Positions 1 to 6,840 of a stretch of 64,000 nucleotides of DNA are shown piece after piece. Both the position numbers and the translations under genes were made by a program. The DNA is from Spirochaetota bacterium (GTDB taxonomy: Bacteria; Spirochaetota; UBA12135; COTS27; JAFLEE01), in assembly GCA_017302015.1 (NCBI GenBank), contig JAFLEE010000019.1:2551-66550 (forward strand), written 5' to 3'. Below the pieces are notes generated by a model. The model was not told the DNA's origin. It saw only the letters and a program-made list of their open reading frames with translations, and did no database searches. How positions within the stretch are numbered: the stretch's first letter is position 1; each line of letters starts with the position of its first letter.

Positions 1-346
1 GATTTTTGAAAATGCCCATAATTGATTTTTCTGGATTTCTTTCCAACCCTTTTGATTTCACGAAAATTGCCTTTGTATGGGAAAGTAATTTTGGTTTCAG
101 AAACTGCCGTTTTTGATTTTTCTGGATTTCTTCTCTTAACTCGTTGGGTCATTCGCTTTGGAGCACTACTTGATTATTTCCTTCTGATTTCAAAGAGGTT
201 ACTTTGGTTTGAAGATCAATTTCATTGCCCAGGTTCAGTTTTTGTTTCAGATTTCTTGATTTCTGATTCCTCATTTGATTCTGATCAAATTTCTACAATT
301 CCTATTCTCTTGATTCCTTTTCTGCATCTCTTTTGATTTCGCCTAA

Positions 347-464
347 CGTGGCGTTCAGCAGCGCCGATATTTAAATGGTCCTTTCGAATACGAAATACAT
401 TTCGAAAAACGGGTAAGTTCGAAGGCAAAGCCGGTGCGGCGTCTGCTGCAACGAATTGTTCGAG
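347..464 (-). other. attC of cassette 6 (about 118 bp). On the - strand: R'' CTCGAAC, then L'' aattcgttgcagcagacgccgc, then L' gcggcgctgctgaacgccac, then R' G|TTAGGC.
   Basis: L''/L' are inverse-complementary (cgttgcagcagacgccg versus cggcgctgctgaacg). R'' CTCGAAC is the exact reverse complement of G+TTCGAG, the cassette's own 5' end, as expected for a circularised cassette. The AACAATTCGTT...GACGCCGC start resembles class-1 59-be sites. Confidence 0.6.
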
Positions 465-599
465 TGCCTTTCTCATTCTGAGATTCCTGATCTCTTTTCT
501 TCATGTTTTCTCTATTTCTGAAATTCTTCAAATCTCTTCATCTGTCCTTACTTTTTGGATTTTGACCTAAGTTTTTTGTATTCCCCTGAGTCACTCGAA
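347..599 (-). repeat. Cassette 6, an ORF-less 253-bp gene cassette. It is copy 1 of duplicated element R1, near-identical to 3321..3574.
   Basis: Direct repeat of about 254 bp with only a few mismatches to 3321..3574. Bounded by G|TTCGAG (G 600 from the preceding attC) and ...ccacG|TTAGGC (G 347). No ORF of at least 60 aa that is confined to the element. Confidence 0.6.
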
Positions 600-650
600 C
601 GGTTAGGTTGAGCGGCGACCCTTGGGCGTCCGCTCGAACCTTTGTTAGGC
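600..650 (-). other. Short attC (about 51 bp) ending cassette 5. On the - strand: R'' GCCTAAC, L'' ggttcgagcggac, L' gtcgccgctcaacctaacc, R' G(600)|TTCGAG.
   Basis: Perfect RYYYAAC inverse core. Imperfect L''/L' inverted repeat (ggtt..gagcgg). Lies immediately 3' of cassette ORF 759..1403. The crossover G is followed by the start of the R1 cassette. Confidence 0.5.
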
Positions 651-758
651 CGTTAAAAATACCAATACCTCTCGACTGTTTTGTTGCCCAGACCTCTGGA
701 GAAGCAAATTTTGTTTTGGAATTTCATCATTGCATACTCATTTGTCAAACGTAGCGAA

Positions 759-1403
759 TCATCTTTCTGAGATTGAGTTTTTTACTTTTATCGAAAACGC
801 CAATACATCAACGCCATCTCGAAAATTAAATAACCGAATCGCCAGATTATTTCTAAAAATAGTCACGGAGTTCGTTTTATGTGCCCTTGTGCTGTCACTA
901 GGAAATCGAACTGGAGTGTTTCGCTCAATAAGTAAGATAGTGTTTGTCTCAATCATAATTAGCGAGTGCATCGAGGCATACAAGTCAACCGAGCCCGAGC
1001 CCTGTGTTGCCGATTCCAGAAAGACCATGTATCGAGTGGTCTCGCTCGACTTACTATAGTAGAGTTTGCCAACCGCAATTCTGTTTGTGGCCGAATCGAA
1101 ATACTCTAAGCCATCTTGATCGTTACATTTTAAAATTTTGAATGCACTCGGCTTATTGCTTCTTGAAAAAAATCGAGTTTCAACCCCAGAAATCCATGGG
1201 ACGTTCGATTCTGTTATTGGGCCATTGTTTCTTTGGCCACAAAATGAGGTTTCGTAGTCATTGTAGTGCAATCCCAACTTAAATACATTAAGTGAATTTG
1301 AAAAATCCACTATTTGTATCTTATGGTTGTATACTGATTCTGATATTGGAAAGCAATTAAGCGCCAAAATAATACATAGAAAAGAAATTTTACAACAAAT
1401 CAT
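759..1403 (-). CDS. Cassette-encoded hypothetical secreted protein (214 aa) with an N-terminal signal-peptide-like segment MICCKISFLCIILALNC.
   Basis: Complete ORF inside cassette 5 (1463..600). ATG preceded by a GAGGA Shine-Dalgarno 8 nt upstream. AT-rich codon usage typical of cassette DNA. No recognisable domain. Confidence 0.6.
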   Translation of the reverse strand: MICCKISFLCIILALNCFPISESVYNHKIQIVDFSNSLNVFKLGLHYNDYETSFCGQRNNGPITESNVPWISGVETRFFSRSNKPSAFKILKCNDQDGLEYFDSATNRIAVGKLYYSKSSETTRYMVFLESATQGSGSVDLYASMHSLIMIETNTILLIERNTPVRFPSDSTRAHKTNSVTIFRNNLAIRLFNFRDGVDVLAFSIKVKNSISER

Positions 1404-1463
1404 ATGATATCCTCAGATACTGTTGCTATATAAAAAGGTTTTATTATTCGCGCATTCATATAA

Positions 1464-1674
1464 CGCCAGGCACTCAAGAAATGCACCGTAACAAGCCTAT
1501 CATGAGAAGACGAGGAAAGTTCACCGGTGCATTTGGTTCGGAAGGGCGCCCGAAAAGAGGGCGATAAATCCCAGAAAGCCCTCTTTTCGGGCGCTCTGGA
1601 GAACCTGACGAACCCCCCCCCCCGGAGGCCGAAGGCCGGAGCGGGGGTGAGGAACTTGAGTGGCCTCGTTAGGT
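1464..1674 (-). other. attC of cassette 4 (211 bp, 'giant' attC). On the - strand: R'' ACCTAAC, then L'' and two long internal hairpins, then L' cttgagtgcctggc, then R' G(1464)|TTATAT.
   Basis: Outer imperfect inverted repeat (aacgccaggcactcaag / cttgagtggcctcgtt). R'' ACCTAAC equals the reverse complement of G+TTAGGT, the 5' end of its own cassette at 2227. About 85% identical to 2228..2435 and 3050..3252. Confidence 0.6.
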
Positions 1675-1777
1675 GAAAAGACTGGGCGGCGCAGGATGCG
1701 CCTCTTCTCTTGTATTTTGCGTTGAACAACGCCAAGAAACGAAGGCGCGAATTCCAAGTCGAGTAAAGCGAAAAAAA

Positions 1778-2137
1778 TCATTTCGATGCGACCCATTTTT
1801 CATACTGCACATAGTCCCTCTGGATTACCTCTTTTTCAAACAACTTCGAAACTGCACCACCAAAAGAAATTTTATCAGTATATTCTGGATATTCGGCCTT
1901 AGAAATTACATCGCGATAATCAATAATTGCAATTTCGATTTGGTTTCGAAGTCTTTCAATATTTTTAGATGAATTTCTGATAGCGTCGATCCAAACCCTG
2001 TACCTACCGTTTTTGCTGCCCTCACCAGAATACTTCATCAGTATAGAGAATACCATGTCGAAAGATTCCCGCGGAAACTCACGAGTAATAATTCTATTGA
2101 CGTCTTCAATTGAAAAAACCGGTACTTTCTGATCCAA
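1778..2137 (-). CDS. Cassette-encoded hypothetical protein (119 aa). TTG start as listed. GGAGA Shine-Dalgarno 8 nt upstream.
   Basis: Only ORF inside cassette 4 (2227..1464). An in-frame upstream stop limits the N-terminus. No recognisable domain. The start codon is uncertain (TTG or ATT). Confidence 0.5.
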   Translation of the reverse strand: MDQKVPVFSIEDVNRIITREFPRESFDMVFSILMKYSGEGSKNGRYRVWIDAIRNSSKNIERLRNQIEIAIIDYRDVISKAEYPEYTDKISFGGAVSKLFEKEVIQRDYVQYEKWVASK

Positions 2138-2227
2138 GAGAATCTCTCCAATATGGATATTTCATGATTTCATTTTGAACATCTTAGGCCGCCAGGAAGG
2201 CGGCCTCTTGCCCAGGCTTTTTACCTA

Positions 2228-2435
2228 ACGCCAGACACTCAAGAAATGCACCGTAATAAGCCTACCATGAGAAGACGAGGAAAGTTCACCGGTGCATTTG
2301 GTTCGGAAGAGCGCCCAAAAAGAGGGCGATAAATCCCCGAAAGCACTCTTTTTGGGCGCTCTGGAGAACCTGACGAATCCCCCCGGAGGCCGCAGGCCGG
2401 AGCGGGGGTGAGGAACTTGAGTGGCCTCGTTATGC
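2228..2435 (-). other. attC of cassette 3 (208 bp, 'giant' attC). On the - strand: R'' GCATAAC ... R' G(2228)|TTAGGT.
   Basis: Same architecture as 1464..1674. R'' GCATAAC is the reverse complement of G+TTATGC, the cassette's own 5' end at 3049. R' GTTAGGT fits the GTTRRRY consensus. Confidence 0.6.
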
Positions 2436-2493
2436 GCAATGGTCGGGCGCCGCAGGATGCGGCTCTTATTCTTAAATCGATTTAGATCCATAT

Positions 2494-2994
2494 TCAACTT
2501 TCCATTTCGATTCCCATGATTTTTAAAGAATTTGAAATTATACATGACAATACGTACTGTGTTGCATTCCCAGGAAGGGAAAAATCGAAACGCGTGTGTT
2601 CATTTTCAATATTCAAATAAATGCCAATTCTTTTAAGTATCATGACATTTGAAAATTCTACTTCGGTTGGATTCTTTTTCTGAAACAGCGATATTTTAAC
2701 CGGATCAGCAAGTTCTTCGCGGTGATGGTCGAAATACAACCTTGGAGATCTACCCGAATCAGCTATTTTAAATTCACATAAAATATTTTCAATACAACGA
2801 GTTCTTATTTTTTCTGATTCTTTCAAAATCATTTTAACAAGATCTGATTTCAATGAAATATCGGCGCCTGGTTCAATATTCAGGTCGACCGCAACAGGAT
2901 ACCCATTTACGATCAACGTAGAATCATAATAGTCCATGTGACCTTTTTGAGGAATCATTCCGAATGGATTGAAATCAAAGGTCTTCATTGACAT
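2494..2994 (-). CDS. Cassette-encoded hypothetical protein (about 166 aa, MSMKTFDFNPF...).
   Basis: ORF inside cassette 3 (3049..2228). The listed ORF starts at TTG 3000. ATG at 2994, or ATG at 2988 with GGAG 7 nt upstream, is a more likely start. No recognisable domain. Confidence 0.55.
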   Translation of the reverse strand: MSMKTFDFNPFGMIPQKGHMDYYDSTLIVNGYPVAVDLNIEPGADISLKSDLVKMILKESEKIRTRCIENILCEFKIADSGRSPRLYFDHHREELADPVKISLFQKKNPTEVEFSNVMILKRIGIYLNIENEHTRFDFSLPGNATQYVLSCIISNSLKIMGIEMES

Positions 2995-3049
2995 CTCCAA
3001 AATCTTTGGCCGCCACGATGGCGGCCTCTTGCCCGACTATTGCGCATAA

Positions 3050-3252
3050 CGCCAGGCACTCAAGAAATGCACCGTCTAGAGCCTACCATGGAACCTTGTG
3101 GAAAGTTCACCGGTGCATTTGGTTCGGAAGAGCGCCCCAAAAGAGGGCGATAATTCCCAGAAAGCCCTCTTTTGGGGCGCTCTGGAGAACCTGACGAACC
3201 CCCGAGCCGACCTTGGCGAGCGGGGTGAGGAACTTGAGTGGCCCCGTTATAT
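3050..3252 (-). other. attC of cassette 2 (203 bp, 'giant' attC). Cassette 2 (3320..3050) contains only 68 bp plus this attC and has no ORF. On the - strand: R'' ATATAAC ... R' G(3050)|TTATGC.
   Basis: Same three-hairpin architecture as the other two long attC sites. ORF 3060..3281 lies entirely within the repeat and is judged non-coding. Confidence 0.55.
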
Positions 3253-3320
3253 GAATGCGCTCTAGTCAATTTCATCCCCATTTTCTTCTCTTTTCAATCA
3301 TTCCTCAGTTCTTCGCCTAA

Positions 3321-3574
3321 CGTGGCGTTCAGCAGCGCCGATATTTAAATGGTCCTTTCGAATACGAAATACATTTCGAAAAACGGGTAATTTCGAAGGC
3401 AAAGCCCGTGCGGCGTCTGCTGCAACGAATTGTTCGAGTGCCTTTCTCATTCTGAGATTCCTGATCTTTTTTCTTCATGTTTTCTCTGTCTCTGAAATTC
3501 TTCAAATCTCTTCATCTATCCTTACTTTTTTTGATTCTGACCTGAGTTTTTTGTATTCCCTTGATTCACTCGAA
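3321..3574 (-). repeat. Cassette 1, the attI-proximal cassette (254 bp). It is copy 2 of duplicated element R1. Its own attC lies at 3321..3438 (R'' CTCGAAC at 3432..3438 on the + strand as gttcgag; R' G(3321)|TTAGGC).
   Basis: Near-identical to 347..599. Bounded by G(3575)|TTCGAG and ccacG(3321)|TTAGGC. Confidence 0.6.
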
Positions 3575-3669
3575 CAAGAATTAGGCGATCGCCAGTAATC
3601 CCCCACCCACGCCCGTTTCACCCGAATTGTCCCGGTTCTGTTTTTTCACAAAAGAGCATAGCATGCCCT
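3575..3669 (-). other. Candidate attI and intI promoter region. The crossover is predicted at G3575|T3574.
   Basis: 95-bp region between the intI start codon and the first G|TT cassette boundary. Contains the palindrome ggcgatcgcc. The assignment rests on position only. If R1 copy 2 is not a cassette, attI would instead end at G3321. Confidence 0.35.
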
Positions 3670-4902
3670 ATGCAACTAAAACGCCCAAACCCCGATGAAA
3701 TCAAGGCTTTTAAAGCGCACTTACTCGATTCCGGCCATCCCGAAAACCGGGTGGCCTGGTCCATCAAATGGCTGGAACGCTTTTTGGTGGAATGTGCGGA
3801 TCCAATCTTGACGGACCAGACTGTCAACCAATATTTACATTCCCTGGAGGGGCGATTTTTAGACTGGCAGGTGAGGCAGGCGTCCGAGGTGATTTCCCGC
3901 TATGGGGCTTGGTCGGGTGGAGTGAGTTTGGATGGAGAGCCGAAGGATTCAGCGCTGATCGCCGAGGCGAAGGCGCAGATCCGCCTCCTCCACTATGCCT
4001 ATCGCACCGAGCAGAGTTACCTCGATTGGCATCGGCGGTTTCTCAGGTTTCGGCGGGAGGAGGGGCTCCCCCTTGAGGCGCGTGCACTATCCTCTTTTTT
4101 GAGGAAGTTAAATGAAGGCGATGGAGTAGCCGCCTCGACCCTCAATCAGGCGCATCACGCGGTGGCCTTTCTCTTTAAGCACGTCCTTCGGAAGGAGGTG
4201 GATGCCCTGGAAGAGGTGCCGCTGGCGAAGCGGCCGAAAAGACTCCCTCAGGTCATTTCGCGGGAGGAAGTTTCTCGCCTGCTTTCGCAGATGAATGGGA
4301 CCACGGGGATCATGGGTGCGCTCCTCTACGGTTGCGGATTACGACTGATGGAATGCTGCCGATTACGGATAAAAGATATCGATCTAACGGGGAAGGGGGT
4401 CATGGTTCGGGGTGGGAAGGGCGGGAAGGACCGCAGGGTGCCCTTACCGCGGCGGCTCGAAGAAATCCTCGCCCAACAGATGCGCGTGGTGAAGCTCCGG
4501 CATGAAAGCGATGCCGAGCAGGGCATCCCCGTGTCCCTTCCCGAGGGCCTTGAGCGGAAGTACCCCGGCGCGGGCCTCGAGTGGCCATGGTTCTACGTGT
4601 TCCCTTCGGGGTCGACGTGCCAGCATCCCCGCCTTGCCTTGGTGGTGCGCCACCATCTCTTCGAGGACACGCTTCAACGGGCGGTGAAGGTGGCGGGAAT
4701 CCGGGCGAACCTATCGGTGCCGGCCCATTGCCATCTATTACGCCATTCCTATGCCACCCATCTTTTGGAGGCCGGGACGGATATCCGCACCCTCCAGGAA
4801 CTCCTCGGGCACCGCGATGTGTCCACCACCATGATCTATACCCACGTGATCCAGAGGCCGGGCCAGATGGTATCAAGTCCGTTGGATCTTCTTGGGCCTT
4901 AA
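3670..4902 (+). CDS. intI: Integron integrase IntI (tyrosine recombinase, 410 aa as annotated). A GTG start at 3922 would give a typical 326-aa IntI.
   Basis: Motifs read from the translation: IRLLHYAYRTEQSY (IntI N-terminus), the IntI-specific additional-domain signature LERKYPGAGLEWPWFYVFPS, VVRHH, HLLRHSYATHLL (HxxR) and GHRDVSTTMIYTHV (catalytic Tyr). Confidence 0.92.
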   Translation: MQLKRPNPDEIKAFKAHLLDSGHPENRVAWSIKWLERFLVECADPILTDQTVNQYLHSLEGRFLDWQVRQASEVISRYGAWSGGVSLDGEPKDSALIAEAKAQIRLLHYAYRTEQSYLDWHRRFLRFRREEGLPLEARALSSFLRKLNEGDGVAASTLNQAHHAVAFLFKHVLRKEVDALEEVPLAKRPKRLPQVISREEVSRLLSQMNGTTGIMGALLYGCGLRLMECCRLRIKDIDLTGKGVMVRGGKGGKDRRVPLPRRLEEILAQQMRVVKLRHESDAEQGIPVSLPEGLERKYPGAGLEWPWFYVFPSGSTCQHPRLALVVRHHLFEDTLQRAVKVAGIRANLSVPAHCHLLRHSYATHLLEAGTDIRTLQELLGHRDVSTTMIYTHVIQRPGQMVSSPLDLLGP

Positions 4903-5255
4903 GGAAGGTTCTAAGAATTGGATCGATTGGATTTCAGAGGCGAATCCCTCTGACTTGATGTGTTGAGGAGTTCCCGCCGTTGAAGATGCGGGAATGATTG
5001 GGTGGCGGGAAAAAGCGTCTTGAGGCGTTTTAAGGTTCGATAGGATGGATCTCGCGAATGGCGCATTGGGGATGATGACCCTGTTTGCGCGAGGGATGCG
5101 TAGGGGAAGCCTGCCGCAGGCAGGCCGCAGCGAAGCGGAGCCCGAAGCAGCCCGACCCCGCAAGTTGGGTGGGGTGTGGAGAGGGGAAGCAGGAGCGGGG
5201 GCGCGCCCGAAAGTATCGGGAAATACCCTTTGCGCGTGTTTTGTACGCCCCGGCG

Positions 5256-5654
5256 CTATTTGTAATTTTCCCTCATGTGGATGATGTAGCGCGAGATCGC
5301 CATGCGCTCTTCCAGCGAGAGGAAGGGGTTCTTCGGCATGGCGGACTTCACGTTCGTGAGGCCCGTGCGGATGGTGGCGGCCATGGCTTCCTGGGAACTG
5401 CCCTGCAGGTAGGCGTTCGTCAGGCGGAAATCCATGGGCGGCGGCACCAGGCGGGAGGCTCGATCGCCATTCCCGTGGCCCGCGATCCCGTGGCACGCCG
5501 CGCAGCCCCGGATATGGTAGAGGGAGCGCCCCTGGAGGAGTTCATCGCGCTCGGCCTGGGGCATGGCGGCGAGGGCCGCGGGCATTTGGGGTCTTTGGGG
5601 CGAACACGCGGCGAGGAACAGCATGAGAAAGAGGGCGAAGGAAGTTCGGCGCAT
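5256..5654 (-). CDS. c-type cytochrome lipoprotein (CAACH haem-binding motif, LAAC lipobox).
   Basis: CxxCH motif. Signal peptide with lipobox. 132 aa. Confidence 0.7.
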   Translation of the reverse strand: MRRTSFALFLMLFLAACSPQRPQMPAALAAMPQAERDELLQGRSLYHIRGCAACHGIAGHGNGDRASRLVPPPMDFRLTNAYLQGSSQEAMAATIRTGLTNVKSAMPKNPFLSLEERMAISRYIIHMRENYK

Positions 5655-5782
5655 GGGGTATCATTTCATGGATTGGCGCCTGCGGCCCACGACAGTCGCG
5701 GTGGGACGGCTTTCCGGTTTTGTCGGCGGGGTTTGATAATATCGTGGCCTAGGAGTACATTCTCTCACTATAGGAGACCCGC

Positions 5783-6199
5783 GTGAAAGTGATCCTGGCC
5801 CTTCCCATTTTCGCCCTCTTGGCGTTGCTCCCCGCCGGCTGTGGAGGGTCCCGATTGGTCACCGTTGCCGTGGGGGGGCAGGAGCCGTCAGATCCCGCTT
5901 CTGGCCGCAGTCTCTTCATGCGCAGCGGCTGCTTCCAATGCCATGGGATGGGCGGGGAAGGGGACGGCGCCATGGCGGCTTCGCTTCGCAATCCTCCCCG
6001 GGATTTCCGCAAGGTCGATGCCTTCAAGGGCGGCACCCAGGTGCGCCAGATCGCCTTCACCATCAAGTACGCCAGCCAGTGGAGCCGTGTGACGAACCAA
6101 AGCCTGGAGGGGATGCCCGATTTCTCCCAATTGCCCGACGGCGAATTGATGGCCCTCGCTTCCTACGTGAAGTACCTCCAGACCAATCAAGCGCGGTGA
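5783..6199 (+). CDS. c-type cytochrome lipoprotein (CFQCH motif). GTG start with a TAGGAG Shine-Dalgarno.
   Basis: CxxCH motif. LPAGC lipobox. Divergent from 5256..5654. Confidence 0.7.
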   Translation: MKVILALPIFALLALLPAGCGGSRLVTVAVGGQEPSDPASGRSLFMRSGCFQCHGMGGEGDGAMAASLRNPPRDFRKVDAFKGGTQVRQIAFTIKYASQWSRVTNQSLEGMPDFSQLPDGELMALASYVKYLQTNQAR

Positions 6200-6268
6200 G
6201 CCGTGCGAGCGTGTATACTATAGAAGAAAGTGCCACGATAAGCGTGGAACGAAGAAGCGGAGTCAAGC

Positions 6269-6811
6269 ATGTCCTATGAGTCCATGAACGGCAAAGCGGG
6301 TGGGATAGTCTGGCGGCGGCGCGCCATCATCGGCCTCTCCATCGCGGTGCCCCTGGCGGTGGCCGCTCTATTCCGGGTGCATCTCCCCGGGCATGATCTC
6401 TCTTTCCTTCCTCCGATCTATGCGGGCATCAACGGGGTCACGGCGCTGCTCCTCATCGCGGCGGTCTGGGCGGTGCGCCACGGGCGCCGCTCCCTCCACC
6501 AGGGCCTCATGAAGACTTGCATCGGGCTCTCCGCCTCTTTTCTCGCCATGTATGTCGCCTATCATATGACGAGCGAGACCACCCATTACGGCGGGGTCGG
6601 GCCCGCACGGGCCGTTTACTTCTTTATCCTCATCACCCATATCGCCTTCTCCACGGCCATCACCCCCCTCGTGCTCCTCACCTTCTCCCGGGCCCTCGAC
6701 GGGCGCTTCGATCGCCACAAAGCCCTCGCGAGGTTCACCTTCCCGATCTGGCTCTACACTTCGGTCACGGGCGTCGTGGTCTATTGGATGATCCGGCCCT
6801 ATTACCACTGA
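6269..6811 (+). CDS. DUF420-family integral membrane protein (CtaM-like; often associated with haem-copper oxidases).
   Basis: About 180 aa and four predicted TM segments. Family assigned from overall similarity recalled from memory. Moderate certainty. Confidence 0.45.
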   Translation: MSYESMNGKAGGIVWRRRAIIGLSIAVPLAVAALFRVHLPGHDLSFLPPIYAGINGVTALLLIAAVWAVRHGRRSLHQGLMKTCIGLSASFLAMYVAYHMTSETTHYGGVGPARAVYFFILITHIAFSTAITPLVLLTFSRALDGRFDRHKALARFTFPIWLYTSVTGVVVYWMIRPYYH

Positions 6812-6840
6812 GGCGTATCTCTCCGCCGTCGTCGACCCCG

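Larger units (their letters stand above)
1..4902. mobile_element. Integron: intI (+) with attI and a cassette array on the - strand (at least 6 cassettes: 3574..3321, 3320..3050, 3049..2228, 2227..1464, 1463..600, 599..347, and a partial cassette 346..<1). The array continues beyond the window start.
   Basis: IntI-type integrase lies immediately next to a series of units bounded by G|TTRRRY crossover sites (GTTAGGC at 3321 and 347, GTTATGC at 3050, GTTAGGT at 2228, GTTATAT at 1464, GTTCGAG at 3575 and 600), each with an imperfect inverted repeat just upstream. Cassette ORFs are all on the strand opposite to intI, as in canonical integrons. Strong GC drop relative to the flanking genome. Confidence 0.85.

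Noticed and set aside
22-336. 104-aa ORF in the AT-rich leftmost cassette
   Set aside because: F/L-rich translation of a purine/pyrimidine-skewed repetitive stretch (gaaatcaaaag and agaaatccagaaaaatcaa repeats). It lies on the strand opposite to all cassette genes.
285-476. 63-aa ORF across the R1 cassette attC and crossover
   Set aside because: It runs through the recombination site into the next cassette. The R1 copy 2 version terminates differently. It is probably non-coding.
1464-3252. Possible CRISPR array (regularly spaced repeats)
   Set aside because: Repeats are about 205 bp, far above the 23-55 bp CRISPR range. The 'spacers' are 550-800 bp and contain ORFs. The units end in integron crossover sites and lie adjacent to intI, not cas genes.
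1400-3281. ORFs 1400..1735, 1521..1796, 2225..2545, 2239..2439 and 3060..3281 encoding a shared peptide (..ATQVPHPRSGLRPPGG..)
   Set aside because: They lie entirely within the conserved long attC repeats. The peptide conservation is a consequence of nucleotide identity. Internal perfect hairpins make coding unlikely.
6517-6840. N-terminal extension of the AraC gene (listed ORF 6517..7659)
   Set aside because: It overlaps the DUF420 membrane-protein gene in another frame and is R/H/P-rich. ATG 6841 gives a normal AraC length.
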